64,000 bases of DNA. Origin: an uncultured delta proteobacterium (lineage in GTDB: Bacteria > Myxococcota > Kuafuiibacteriia > Kuafuiibacteriales > Kuafuiibacteriaceae). Positions within the stretch are counted from its first letter, which is position 1. The number at the start of each line of letters is the position of its first letter. The stretch covers positions 704,001 to 768,000 of the forward strand of contig CAWDML010000008.1 of the NCBI GenBank assembly GCA_963803435.1. Direction: 5' to 3'. A program made the translations under genes and the position numbers. Below are positions 12,650-22,531 of the stretch, piece after piece. The notes below the pieces were generated by a model. It ran no database searches and was not told the DNA's origin. It worked only from the letters and a program-made list of their open reading frames with translations.

Positions 12650-12754
12650 CTCGCCGATGATGCCTGCGTCGCGGCGGCCTGCTTGTAAACGGTTCGTAAA
12701 AGCTCGTGCGCGGCATGGTTTGACTTCCCAAACCACGAGACAAAAAGTGGTCCC

Positions 12755-13174
12755 ATGAAACCCTTGATGTGGGCCGCTCCGGCGGTCCTCCTCGGTGCGA
12801 GTCTTTCCGCATGCCATCAGATGAGCCCGCAGCATGACGAAGCCTTCGGCCGACTGACCGTCGACGAGGTCGCGGCGAAGCAAAAGGAGAACGCGGTCTT
12901 CATCTACGACAACAACCCCAAGGAGATGTTCGAGGTCGCCCACGTGCCGGGCGCGCGATGGCTCGACAGCTCCAAGATCACCCCCGCGGATCTACCGGGG
13001 GACAAGGACGCAACACTCATCTTCTACTGCGCCAATGAGCATTGAACGGCGTGCCACGAGGGCGCCGTGAGCGCTCTGAACCTCGGCTACACCCACGTGT
13101 TCATCATGCCCGCCGGCATCCAGGGCTGGAAGGCCGCCGGTTTGCCGACCGAGGCCGCGCCGACCACGGGCTGA
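12755..13174 (+). CDS. Rhodanese-like lipoprotein with in-frame TGA (candidate selenocysteine) at 13043-13045
   Basis: Lipobox LSAC; AHVPGA, TLIFYCANEH-TGA-TACHEGAVSALNLGYTHVFIMPAGIQGWKAAGLPTE completes the rhodanese domain. Confidence 0.85.
13046..13068 (+). promoter_or_regulatory. Candidate bacterial SECIS hairpin
   Basis: ACGGCG-TGCCACGAGGG-CGCCGT directly 3' of the TGA; perfect 6-bp outer stem. Confidence 0.5.
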
Positions 13175-13283
13175 GGAGGCCACGCGCCCGCACAAGTTCA
13201 ACGTGCGGCTGATCGCTGGAGCGTTCGCGATCCGGAGATCGAGTCTGACGCCCCGGACCGCCGCCCCGCGGGCGAGCTGACGG

Positions 13284-16200
13284 TCAGTGGCACTTGTTGC
13301 AGCCGCTGGTGCTCTTGCTGTTGCTGATTCCGGCGTTGTTCGGCCGGTGCTTGAACGCCCAGATGTTCGTGCTGGCGGTCGTCGCGCTGTACTGGTGACA
13401 GGCGCCGCAGCGGGTCAGGTTCGAGTCGGTGTGGCTCGCGGTGAAGTGCCGTCCATCGTACGTGCCGGTCACCGAGAAGGTCTGGCTGAACTGGTGGCCG
13501 TCGCCGGTGGGGTGGTTGAGCGACGGGGTGACCGTCAACGTGGCCAGCAGCTGATTGGTGAAGGCGTGACAGGTCACGCAGCCGCCTGAGTTCGCGTTGG
13601 AGTTGGCGTGGCCGTACTTGAGGTTGGCCACGGTGCCGTTGAACGCCGAGAAGTTGATGTGGCACGAGATGCAGGTGTTGCCGTTGCTGGTGCCTCCGAA
13701 GTGATTGGCGATCGGGATGGTGAGGTGCGTGCCCGCCGAGCCGCCAGGGCCGTGGCAGGTGCTGCACGCCAGCGAGCTCCCGTTGGTCGGGCCGCTCGAC
13801 GCGTGGGCGCCGGTCGCGCCCTGCCAGTTGGGCGTGGTGGGGTTGGTGCCGGGCCAGGCGTGGCAGTCGGAGCAGTCCTGGGGCGACGTCGCGGTGAACG
13901 CCGAGTGGTCTTGCTGCGTGTAGACCGCGGTCGGCTTCACGTTCATGTGGCAGTTGCTGCAGCGGGCGGTGGTCCCGTTGAGCATGAGCGGTTTGGATGC
14001 GTTGAAGTTCTGGTGGAAGCTGGCCTGCGCCCACTCCTTGCCCTGGATCGCCGGTGCCATCGAAGCGCCCTGCTGCGTATGGCAGAGCTTGCAGTCGTTG
14101 GCGCTGGCGTTGGCGTCGGCGTGGGAGATCTGATCACGGGTGCCGGCCGGAACTCCCGTCGACGCGCCTGCGCTGGTCAGGTGCGCCGAGTCGTTCAGCC
14201 CGTTGGGGAGGTTGTTGTTGGTGCCGACCATACTGCCTGCCCCGTTGGTCAATCCGTGGCACTCGCGGCAGGTCGTCGCGTTGGCGATCGGCCCGTGCAG
14301 CCGGGAAGTCCGGTCCCAAGCGCTCCCCGAAGCGGCGGCGTCGTTGGCATGGCAGGTCGAGCAGTCCTTTCCCGCGAGGAGGCTCGAGCCGTGGTTCATC
14401 CACTGCGCCTGGTTGGTCGCGCTCGCGCCCTGCACGAGGTTGTACGAGATCGTCCCCTGCGTGCTCATCGCGGGCAGGGCGACCGCGTGACACTCGCCGC
14501 ACGCCGCGGGCTGGTCGATCACGGACGGGTGGAAGGCGCCGGTCCGCCAAAGCGTTGTGGCCAGCGGTGTCCGTGTCGCCCGACTCAGCGCGTTGTCGTG
14601 GCAGGTGTCGCACCGCTGTGACGTCAGCTGGCTCGACCGGTGCTGCATGCGGTATTCGTTGGTTGAGACCACGTCGGACCGCGCGCCATCCGCCATCAGC
14701 GGGTAGTGGCACGAGGTGCAGTCGGCAGGGATGGCGCTCCCGATGTTCGCGTGGAAGACACCGTCGTTCCAGCCGGTCGAACCGGCGGCGGTGCGATGGC
14801 AGGTCGAGCAGTCGAGGTCGGAGGCCGCGCCGGCCATCACTCCGCCGATGTCGACCGCGGCGCTGAAGGTCGCCGCGTGGTCCATCGCCCTGAAGCTCGA
14901 TCCTTGACGCTCCACGATGTCGATCGGCCGCACCGTGTGGCAGTCGCCGCAGGCCGTCGGCTGGGCCAGCGGCGTGATCGCGGCGCCGGGCGTGGCGCGA
15001 TAGCTCTCGAGCGACGCATGGAACACGCCGTTCGACAGCTCGGTGACGACCCCGTTGTTGTTGGTGTGGCAGTGCCAGCACTTGGTTTCGTCGGGAGAGC
15101 CGGTCGGCCCTGCGTTCATCTCGGCAGGCAGCTGGGCCGACGTGTGCAAGAACGCGTTCGGATAAGTGCTGGTTCGAAGGCTGGTGCCCGTGACCAGATT
15201 GTTCGGACCCGAACGCTGGAGCACGATCTCGTCGACGGTGATGCGCTGGGTCGTCGAGCTGACCAGTACGGACCCCGGGTAGCCGATCGCTCCCCGCCAG
15301 TCTCCGCCCGGCAGCATCCCGCTCCCCGGGTCGAACAGGTCCACGTAGCTGCCGGCCGCGACCGTCGCCTGGTGGCAGCCGATGCAGTCACCGCGGCCGT
15401 CGGTCGAATGATCGAAGCCGAGCAGCGCAGCCATCGCGGCGGCGTTCGCGCCGGGCAACAGGTCGGGTCGCTGCGTCGTGTGACAGTTGATGCAGGTCGT
15501 CGCAGCGAGCGTGCTGGCGCCGTGAACGAAGCGTCCGTCCGCCCAGTCTTGATTGTCGCCCCACTGGCCGGTGCCGGGACCATGGTGGCACTCGACGCAG
15601 TCCTGCCCGGCGCCGTGCGTGATGCTCAACGAGTTCACTCCGTAGTCGAACGGTGAATCGCGATAGGTCGAGCTGGCCCATCCCTGAGTGTCGCTGGGAC
15701 GCTCGCCCGCATGGCACGGAAGGCAGCTCGAAGGTGTCGGGTCGCCGGTGTTGTGGAAATTCCCGCCGGCCCAGGAGGTGAAGGTTGGCGCGGACGCCGC
15801 GTGGCAGCGCTGGCAGTCGGCGAGGGCCTCCGGTGCGCGGTGATCGAACTCGAGCCCCGCAGCGAGGCTCGAGTTGTCCGAGGTGACGACATCGGGCCGA
15901 GAGTTGGCGTGACAGTCCACGCAGGAGCTCGGCTGAGCCGATTCGCCGAGCGGCGCGTGGAACAGCACCGTCGCGTCCGGCTGACTGGCCCAGCTCGGAG
16001 CACCGCTCGCCGTGTGGCATGGGAAGCAGTTGGCGGGGACCGCCGGCGTCGTCGTGGGCGCGCCGCTCGCCCACAGCACCGCGTCGTGTTTCATCTCTCC
16101 GGAGGGGGGCGTTCGTTCCGGCGCCGTCGCGGTGGGACCCACGAAGCCGATCGGGCGCGAGCCTGCGTGACAGTCGGTGCAGTCCGTCGGCTGATCGAGC

Positions 16201-17066
16201 CCGAGATCCTCGATGGTCGCGTGGAAGAGGCCGGGGAGATACTGCCCCTCCGCAGCGTCCGGGTGGCAGTTCGTGCAGGCGCTGAGGGACTCGCTCGCCA
16301 CCGCGGTCGTGGCGTGGTTCATCGGCATCTTCAGCGTCTGCGCCAACGGATCCAACGTAATGATCGACGTCCCGTTGTACGACGGGATCAACGCCTCGAT
16401 CTCCAGATCGTGTGCGGGATCAGAGAGGTCGCCCTCCGGGACGCCGTCGCCGGAGAGGTCGAGATGTCCATCCGCGTGACGAGTGGGCATCGCGATGGTC
16501 ATGCCGGGGCCGACGACCGGCGCGTGGCAGCCCTCGCAGGCGGTGCTGTTCGGGTGCGGGGCCGGCGGAGGCAAGCTGTGGCAGGAACCGCAGCTCGCCT
16601 GCGTTCCGTCGACGATGTCCCAGCGCGGTGTGTTGTTCGTGCCGCCGCCCAGAGTCGCGCCGTGGCAGTACACGTTCGTGCAGGTCTTCGTCTTGCGATC
16701 CCAGGTCGGTGTCGCGCTCGAAGTGTGCGATAGCGGGCCGAAGATCACCTCGGCCGGGAGCGGTGTATCGATGTGGCCGGGGTCGTCCACAGCCTCCGGG
16801 ACGAGGTGACACTCCGAGCAGCTGACAGGTCGCATGAGGCCGGCGCCCAAGACGTGCTGCTGGTGGGCGCCGACGCCGATCGAGGCCGTGTCCATGCTGC
16901 CATCGAGCGCCCTCGGGGGCGCGGCGTTGCTGTTGCCTCCATGGCACGACCGGCACCCGCCCGTCCGCTCGTCGACGGGCAGGTCTCCTCCGGCACACGC
17001 CGAAGCCAGCCCCCACACCAGCAGCCCGAGGCAACCCGAGTCTCTTCGTCTCCGCTGGCTCACCAC
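13284..17066 (-). CDS. Large multiheme c-type cytochrome lipoprotein with N-terminal CxxxxCH/CxxCH domain
   Basis: Manual count of 29 CxxCH plus 1 CxxxxCH (CTNVYCH); LASAC lipobox; GTG start near 17066 inferred. Confidence 0.9.
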   Translation of the reverse strand: MVSQRRRRDSGCLGLLVWGLASACAGGDLPVDERTGGCRSCHGGNSNAAPPRALDGSMDTASIGVGAHQQHVLGAGLMRPVSCSECHLVPEAVDDPGHIDTPLPAEVIFGPLSHTSSATPTWDRKTKTCTNVYCHGATLGGGTNNTPRWDIVDGTQASCGSCHSLPPPAPHPNSTACEGCHAPVVGPGMTIAMPTRHADGHLDLSGDGVPEGDLSDPAHDLEIEALIPSYNGTSIITLDPLAQTLKMPMNHATTAVASESLSACTNCHPDAAEGQYLPGLFHATIEDLGLDQPTDCTDCHAGSRPIGFVGPTATAPERTPPSGEMKHDAVLWASGAPTTTPAVPANCFPCHTASGAPSWASQPDATVLFHAPLGESAQPSSCVDCHANSRPDVVTSDNSSLAAGLEFDHRAPEALADCQRCHAASAPTFTSWAGGNFHNTGDPTPSSCLPCHAGERPSDTQGWASSTYRDSPFDYGVNSLSITHGAGQDCVECHHGPGTGQWGDNQDWADGRFVHGASTLAATTCINCHTTQRPDLLPGANAAAMAALLGFDHSTDGRGDCIGCHQATVAAGSYVDLFDPGSGMLPGGDWRGAIGYPGSVLVSSTTQRITVDEIVLQRSGPNNLVTGTSLRTSTYPNAFLHTSAQLPAEMNAGPTGSPDETKCWHCHTNNNGVVTELSNGVFHASLESYRATPGAAITPLAQPTACGDCHTVRPIDIVERQGSSFRAMDHAATFSAAVDIGGVMAGAASDLDCSTCHRTAAGSTGWNDGVFHANIGSAIPADCTSCHYPLMADGARSDVVSTNEYRMQHRSSQLTSQRCDTCHDNALSRATRTPLATTLWRTGAFHPSVIDQPAACGECHAVALPAMSTQGTISYNLVQGASATNQAQWMNHGSSLLAGKDCSTCHANDAAASGSAWDRTSRLHGPIANATTCRECHGLTNGAGSMVGTNNNLPNGLNDSAHLTSAGASTGVPAGTRDQISHADANASANDCKLCHTQQGASMAPAIQGKEWAQASFHQNFNASKPLMLNGTTARCSNCHMNVKPTAVYTQQDHSAFTATSPQDCSDCHAWPGTNPTTPNWQGATGAHASSGPTNGSSLACSTCHGPGGSAGTHLTIPIANHFGGTSNGNTCISCHINFSAFNGTVANLKYGHANSNANSGGCVTCHAFTNQLLATLTVTPSLNHPTGDGHQFSQTFSVTGTYDGRHFTASHTDSNLTRCGACHQYSATTASTNIWAFKHRPNNAGISNSKSTSGCNKCH

Positions 17067-17221
17067 GAGAGGTGGTCGCCTCGGGTCCGCCAAACGTTGA
17101 ATCGATCTTCGGGGGCTGTCGTAACTCGAGGTGTTATCGGGGTTTTCTGCGGGCGGGGATGGCCGGGAGCTCGCTCGGAAGGAGCGAGGCCGGGGGGAGA
17201 CATCCCTGCCACCGCCCGAAG

Positions 17222-18160
17222 TTAGCCGGCCGATCGAGGCTCGGCAATCGCAGGCGCGAGAACGTAGTCGATCGCACCGCAGACGGCCGCGACCTGGGCC
17301 GCGTTGCAGATCTCGGGCGTCACCTTTGGGCTGTCCGGGTACACCTCGGTCGTGCTGGTGTAACGAGCCTCGGTGATCCCGGCGCACAGGCCCAGCGCTC
17401 GGAACGCGTACTCGATGACCCCGCGCTGTGCGAGGTTACAGCCGATGATCTGTCCCTGGTCGTCGGGCTCCGCGATGTGCGTCACCCGCTCGACGCGAGC
17501 GATGATCGCGGTCTGGAAGTCGGGCTCCGGGCTCGCCTCGTCGTCGACCAGGTAGAAGCCGTCGGGGATCACGCCGGGCTCCGTCGGCTTTCCATCGCGC
17601 GCCGCGAGCGCGGGACGGAACTCCGTCTCGTCGGTGTCGGTGGTCTCGTGCAGATCGATATGCATGACGAAGTCCGCGGCCAGGCCGTCGAGGAAGCTCA
17701 TCAGCGCCCGGCACTCTTCGGAGGGACTGTCGGCCACGAACGAGCGATTCGGGTCGATCGCGGCCGGATTCCAGCGATGGATGACCTCGTAGCCCCATGG
17801 GCTCACGCAGGGCGCCACCACGAGATTGACGCGATCGACATAGGAGGCCGCCTCCCCGGCGAGGAACGCAAGCGCACCCTGGACCCCGCTGGTCTCGTAG
17901 CCGTGGACCCCGCCGGTGATCAGCACCCACGGTGCATTCCCACGCGCTCGCGGGCCGCGAACCGCGAACAGCGGATAGCGCCGGGGATCGATGCTGAGCG
18001 CGCCGTACGGCTGCACCTCGAACGGTGCCCCGAGCGCCTCGAGCTTTTGCAGCACCTCGTCTCGATAGCTCCGCTGCACCCGCTGCTCGGCCTGCCAGGC
18101 GTCCTTGTCCGCCTGAGTCCAAGGCCGGCCCGGTTCTCCGATGTGATAGAAGCGGTTCAT
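17222..18160 (-). CDS. M14 family metallocarboxypeptidase / succinylglutamate desuccinylase-like
   Basis: GGVHGYE, DPNRSF, IDLHET, TTEVYP. Confidence 0.88.
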   Translation of the reverse strand: MNRFYHIGEPGRPWTQADKDAWQAEQRVQRSYRDEVLQKLEALGAPFEVQPYGALSIDPRRYPLFAVRGPRARGNAPWVLITGGVHGYETSGVQGALAFLAGEAASYVDRVNLVVAPCVSPWGYEVIHRWNPAAIDPNRSFVADSPSEECRALMSFLDGLAADFVMHIDLHETTDTDETEFRPALAARDGKPTEPGVIPDGFYLVDDEASPEPDFQTAIIARVERVTHIAEPDDQGQIIGCNLAQRGVIEYAFRALGLCAGITEARYTSTTEVYPDSPKVTPEICNAAQVAAVCGAIDYVLAPAIAEPRSAG

Positions 18161-18363
18161 GGTCCGGGCGAGACTAGCATGCCGGTCTCGACTCAGGGTT
18201 GCGGAGCCGAGATGGCTCGCTCCAATCAGCGCGCCGCGCGGCCTTCAATAACGCCCCGTCAAAAGCCTCGTGCTCGTGCGTGAAGGTCGGCCGTAGCGTC
18301 CAACCGACAAGGATGAGGAACGTAGACAACATGTGCTCTCTCTTGTTTTGCGATGGAGGATTC

Positions 18364-18702
18364 ATGAAGAATTTGAAGCTCATTCTCGCCGCTCTGCTCG
18401 TTACCTCGGTTTCCTTGTTCGCGTGTGGCGGCGAGGATCCCGGGACGGGGGGGCTCGAAGCCAACGACGAGTTGGGCGTCACCTCGAGCAGCGTTCGGCA
18501 GGACGGCGCCACCTGCATGGTCGACTGCAGCACCGGCTCGCATTCGGAGTGCTACAACCGCTGGTACATGGTCCGACACGCCCTCCCCAACGTGACGGCC
18601 CACTGCGCGGACACCGCTGCGCTCTGGTGCAGGAACCGCGGCTGGAGCGTGTACAGCGTCTGGTGGTCCCACAATCCCGAGAACCGGGCTTGGTGCTACT
18701 GA
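18364..18702 (+). CDS. Small Cys-rich lipoprotein
   Basis: GGAGG RBS, LFAC lipobox, six Cys in the C-terminal domain. Confidence 0.7.
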   Translation: MKNLKLILAALLVTSVSLFACGGEDPGTGGLEANDELGVTSSSVRQDGATCMVDCSTGSHSECYNRWYMVRHALPNVTAHCADTAALWCRNRGWSVYSVWWSHNPENRAWCY

Positions 18703-19044
18703 CTCGCTCGCGCGAGGTGGCGCTCGCCCGCCATGCGTCAGCTTCAGTGGAGGACGCAGGGCACGTCGGTGGGGTTGTTGGCTCGATTGCAGACGAACCC
18801 GTAATCTCGCAGGTCACCAGAGCGGCCAAGATGTTGCCCCGGCCGACGTTGCCCGTCAGCGACGCGATCGTGCACATGAGCTTCTGTCGATACGCTCTGT
18901 TGAGCGCTTGGTTGTACTCCATGAGGTCGTCGCACGCGGCGTAGGCCGATGTTGGTGCGCTTGCCACGCCGTAGGCGCGAGCATGCGGCATTAAGCCACG
19001 GTCGGCCGGTTTCGGATCCCTTTTTCGGTCTCACCTCGTGAGCC

Positions 19045-20280
19045 GTGGGTCTGCGATATTGTCCGAGCTGCAGGTCGGTCTACGCGGCCTCTATCGTCTT
19101 CTGCGGGATCGACGGACACCCGTTGGTGGAGTCCGAGGATGACCCGCTGATCGGTTGCGAGATCGATCGGTATCGCGTCCTCGAACGGATCGGAGTCGGT
19201 GCGACGGGCTGTGTTTACCGCGTGCAGCACACGCTGCTCGAGGTCGAGATGGCGATGAAGGTCCTCCACGGAGATCTCACGCAGGACCAACGGTTCGCCG
19301 AGCGGTTTCGCCGCGAGGCCAAAGCGGTCAGCAAGATGCGCCACGAGAACCTGCTCTCGGTGACCGACTTCGGTCGCACGGAGAAGGGTCTCACGTTTCT
19401 GGTGATGGAGTATGTCCGCGGACTAACGCTGGAAGAGGAGATCATGCGCAGCGCTCCCTTCCCCATCGATCGCGCGTCGCGCATCGTGGAGCAGATCGCT
19501 GCGGGGCTCGGTGAGGCCCATCGGCTCGGCTTCATCCACCGCGACGTGAAGCCGATGAACATCATGCTCACCGCGCAGGACAGGCAGGAGCAGGTGAAGA
19601 TCCTCGACTTCGGGATCGTTGGCCTGCGCACCGAGGTGATGGATGCGCGCCTGACGGCCGCCGGCTTCCTCATCGGAACTCCGGCTTACATGGCGCCGGA
19701 GCAGGCGACCGATCCGAGCGGCGTGACGCCCGCGGCCGACTTCTACTCGCTCGGCGTGATCCTCTTCGAGATGCTGACCGGCAGGCTGCCGTTCACCGCG
19801 ACTCAACCGGTCGACATGATCCTCAAGCACTCGATCGAGCCGCTACCAGATCTCCCGCCTGCAGGGGGCCTGGAGCACCTCGCCCGCTGGATGCTGGAGA
19901 AGAGCCCGTCGAACCGCCCCCAGAGCGCCGGGCCGATCCTCGACGCCATCGCCGCCTGGCGCCGCGACCTCCAGGCCGAGGAGGTCACCCAACCCGGGCT
20001 CGAGCTCGAAGGTGTCGATCTCCCGCTCCTCGACCCCGTCACGTACCACGGCTCGATCCCTCGCGAGGTCTACTACGAGCGCCTCTGCCAGCGCCTCGAA
20101 GACGTGAAGAACACGCTCGACGGGGCAAGGATCTCCGTCGAAGCCTGCCGCACCTTCGATGCGCGCCTCGCCGACATCATCGCCACCACCCGCCCTGGCC
20201 TCGACGCTAACCGCTACCTCGATCTCGCCGACCGCATTTCGCAGCTGGAACGCCAGCTCGAGCTCGGCATGCTCCAGTGA
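19045..20280 (+). CDS. Cytoplasmic Ser/Thr protein kinase
   Basis: N-terminal CPSC zinc-ribbon-like motif; GVGATG, HRDVKPMN, DFG, GTPAYMAPE. Confidence 0.92.
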   Translation: MGLRYCPSCRSVYAASIVFCGIDGHPLVESEDDPLIGCEIDRYRVLERIGVGATGCVYRVQHTLLEVEMAMKVLHGDLTQDQRFAERFRREAKAVSKMRHENLLSVTDFGRTEKGLTFLVMEYVRGLTLEEEIMRSAPFPIDRASRIVEQIAAGLGEAHRLGFIHRDVKPMNIMLTAQDRQEQVKILDFGIVGLRTEVMDARLTAAGFLIGTPAYMAPEQATDPSGVTPAADFYSLGVILFEMLTGRLPFTATQPVDMILKHSIEPLPDLPPAGGLEHLARWMLEKSPSNRPQSAGPILDAIAAWRRDLQAEEVTQPGLELEGVDLPLLDPVTYHGSIPREVYYERLCQRLEDVKNTLDGARISVEACRTFDARLADIIATTRPGLDANRYLDLADRISQLERQLELGMLQ

Positions 20281-20340
20281 GCATGATGACCAGCCTGTGG
20301 GTCCTGCTGGTAGGCGCGCTGAAGACGCATCCGCGCCGCG

Positions 20341-20410
20341 TTTGAGCGGCCAGCTCGGCAGCAGGTTGAGGACGCCCCAGCCGATGTTCACCCAGACGAG
20401 ATCGTTGGCG
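20341..20410 (-). pseudogene. Fragment of an M50 site-2 protease
   Basis: DLVWVNIGWGVLNLLP resembles the NLLP..LDG motif region; no intact ORF. Confidence 0.45.
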
Positions 20411-20513
20411 ACGGTGGGCGATCGACGGGACGCCCGCGGAAATGTGCGGGGCGAACCGGTCGCTGAGGCCGGCGAGGATGAAGCCGGCGCACACGTTGAG
20501 CCGCATCGACGGG

Positions 20514-20999
20514 TCAGGGACATCCACCCGGTACACAGCAGAAGCCGGGCGTCACGCGAAGGATGCAGTTGTCGCTGCAGCATTGCGAGTGGTCGCTGCA
20601 CTCGCCGCCGAGCGGAACGCACACGGCGCCGTCGTCCGGGCTGCCGGTGTCCGGCTCGACCGAGGCGTCGGTGCTGGCGTCTTCGCCGAGGCCGGCGTCC
20701 TCGCTGCACGCCGAACAGTCTCCGTCGAGACAGCCGAAGCAGTTGCCGCTGATACACAGAGACCCCGGGTCGCATTGACCTTGAACGCAGGGACCGAGCG
20801 GGTCGTTGGCGAGCATGCAGAGCGCAGCGTCCATAGTCTCGGCGTCCGGAGCGCCACCGTCGGAGCGAAGGCCTGTGTCGTAAGAAGTTCCATCCGTCGC
20901 CGGCGCGGCGTCATCGAGGCCGCCGACCACGTGGACACCGAGGCAGCCGGAGGACCCGACGTACAGGAGCGAAGCGACGAGCAGTCGGCGGTGGAGCAT
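20514..20999 (-). CDS. Cys-rich lipoprotein
   Basis: Signal peptide ending SSGC, Asp/Ala linkers, two Cys clusters. Confidence 0.7.
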   Translation of the reverse strand: MLHRRLLVASLLYVGSSGCLGVHVVGGLDDAAPATDGTSYDTGLRSDGGAPDAETMDAALCMLANDPLGPCVQGQCDPGSLCISGNCFGCLDGDCSACSEDAGLGEDASTDASVEPDTGSPDDGAVCVPLGGECSDHSQCCSDNCILRVTPGFCCVPGGCP

Positions 21000-21095
21000 C
21001 GGGGGTTGAGTGCGCGGAGCGCTCGAAAAGCTTACACGTGCCCGCTCGGTCGGTTGCCCGGGCCCACGGCGAAGCGTCATGGGTATAGTGCCGCG

Positions 21096-21935
21096 GTGTG
21101 GGCGGCCCTTGCCCTCAGCCTGCTGGGAGGCTCGGTTGAAGTCGGTGGCGCCACGCGCTGCCCGGCGGTCGCGGACGTGACGCAGCGGCTCGCCGCGCTC
21201 TTGCCGGCGGGCGGCGCCGATCGCCCTCTCCAGCGGGCGACGATCGAGGACGGCTCCGGCACGCTCGAGATCGAGCTGCGCGACGCGAGCGGCTCCCTGC
21301 TGGCACATCGGGCGATCGATCGAGCACGGCCCTGCAGCGATCTGGCGGAGGCGGCCGCGGTGATGATCGCCGCCTGGGTGAGCGCGCTCCCCGAGAGTCC
21401 GCTCGCACTCGCGATCGAGCCGGGGCCCTCAACTCCCCCGCTCCCTCTCCGACTGGAGATCGGAGTCGGTCTGTTTGGATCGCTCACGGGCGATCGGACG
21501 GTGCGCCCGGGCGCAGTCGTCGAGGCGTGGCTCGACTGGGCGCGTGTGGCGCTCTTCGGCAGCTGGACCCGCGAAGGCGCGATCGGACCGGGCCGCTACT
21601 CGTGGTTGCGCGCGGGGCTCAGCCTGGGCCTCAGGCTGCCGCTGTTCGCCGCGTGGATCGAGCTGCGCGCCGACGCGATCGCTGCGGTGCTGACGGTGGC
21701 CGGAGCGGGGCTCACGGCGGCGCGCCGCGACTGGGACCTGGACCCGGGAGGATCGCTCGGCGTGCGCGCGACGCTTCCGCTCGGTCTCGGCAGCCACGAT
21801 CCCTTCGTCGAAGCCTCGGCGACCGGCTGGTTTCGCCGGCAGCAGATCTCGGTCGAGGGGCTGACCGAGCAGGTCGTCCTTCCCCGGCTCGAAGGGATCC
21901 TTCTGGTGGGCGTTCCCGTCGGAGGCACGAGATGA
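21096..21935 (+). CDS. Exported hypothetical protein (myxobacterial ECF-associated, beta-rich C-terminus)
   Basis: Signal-like start, CP...C motif, alternating beta strands; ATGA overlap with the sigma gene. Confidence 0.65.
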   Translation: MWAALALSLLGGSVEVGGATRCPAVADVTQRLAALLPAGGADRPLQRATIEDGSGTLEIELRDASGSLLAHRAIDRARPCSDLAEAAAVMIAAWVSALPESPLALAIEPGPSTPPLPLRLEIGVGLFGSLTGDRTVRPGAVVEAWLDWARVALFGSWTREGAIGPGRYSWLRAGLSLGLRLPLFAAWIELRADAIAAVLTVAGAGLTAARRDWDLDPGGSLGVRATLPLGLGSHDPFVEASATGWFRRQQISVEGLTEQVVLPRLEGILLVGVPVGGTR

Positions 21936-22531
21936 AAGCTTCTCTGCGCCGGCCGACACTCAAAGGCGTGCTGGGTGTGGCGGAACCGGCCCCGGTGTTG
22001 GCCGCGGAGATCCGCGCCGACCGCCAGGAGCTCGACCTCATCTATCGCGCCCACGCGCCTCTGGTCGCCACCTGGGCGTCGAGGCTGGCAGGACCCACGT
22101 GCGATCTCGAGGACCTGGTCCAGGAGGTGTTCTTGGTGGTCGAGCGGCGGCTCCCGAGCTTCAGAGGTGACGCGAAGCTGACCACCTGGCTGTATCAGAT
22201 CACGCACAACGTGGTGCGGAGCCATCGCCGCAAGGCGCGCGTTCGCCGGTGGCTCTCGGGTTCTGCGGAGGAGACCGCCGGAGAGCTTCCGTCGACCGAC
22301 TCCACTCCGATCGAGGACCTCGAGCGCGCGCGCGCGCGAGCGACCGTCTACGGTGCCCTCGACGAGATGGGGGACAAGTACCGCACCGTCTTCATCCTCT
22401 TCGAGCTGGAGGGCTTGTCGGGTCAGGAGATCGCGGAGCTGACCGGGACCAAGCTGGGCACGGTGTGGGTCAGGCTTCATCGAGCACGAGCCGAGTTCGA
22501 GCGACGCATCCTCGCGGGAGGCAGACGATGA
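21932..22531 (+). CDS. ECF RNA polymerase sigma factor
   Basis: DLEDLVQEVF, TTWLYQI, LFELEGLSGQEIAE, TVWVRLHRAR. Confidence 0.9.
   Translation: MKASLRRPTLKGVLGVAEPAPVLAAEIRADRQELDLIYRAHAPLVATWASRLAGPTCDLEDLVQEVFLVVERRLPSFRGDAKLTTWLYQITHNVVRSHRRKARVRRWLSGSAEETAGELPSTDSTPIEDLERARARATVYGALDEMGDKYRTVFILFELEGLSGQEIAELTGTKLGTVWVRLHRARAEFERRILAGGRR

Noticed and set aside
18744-18991. Minus-strand coding-like segment with lower GC
   Set aside because: No clear start, consistent frame or family motif; at most a remnant
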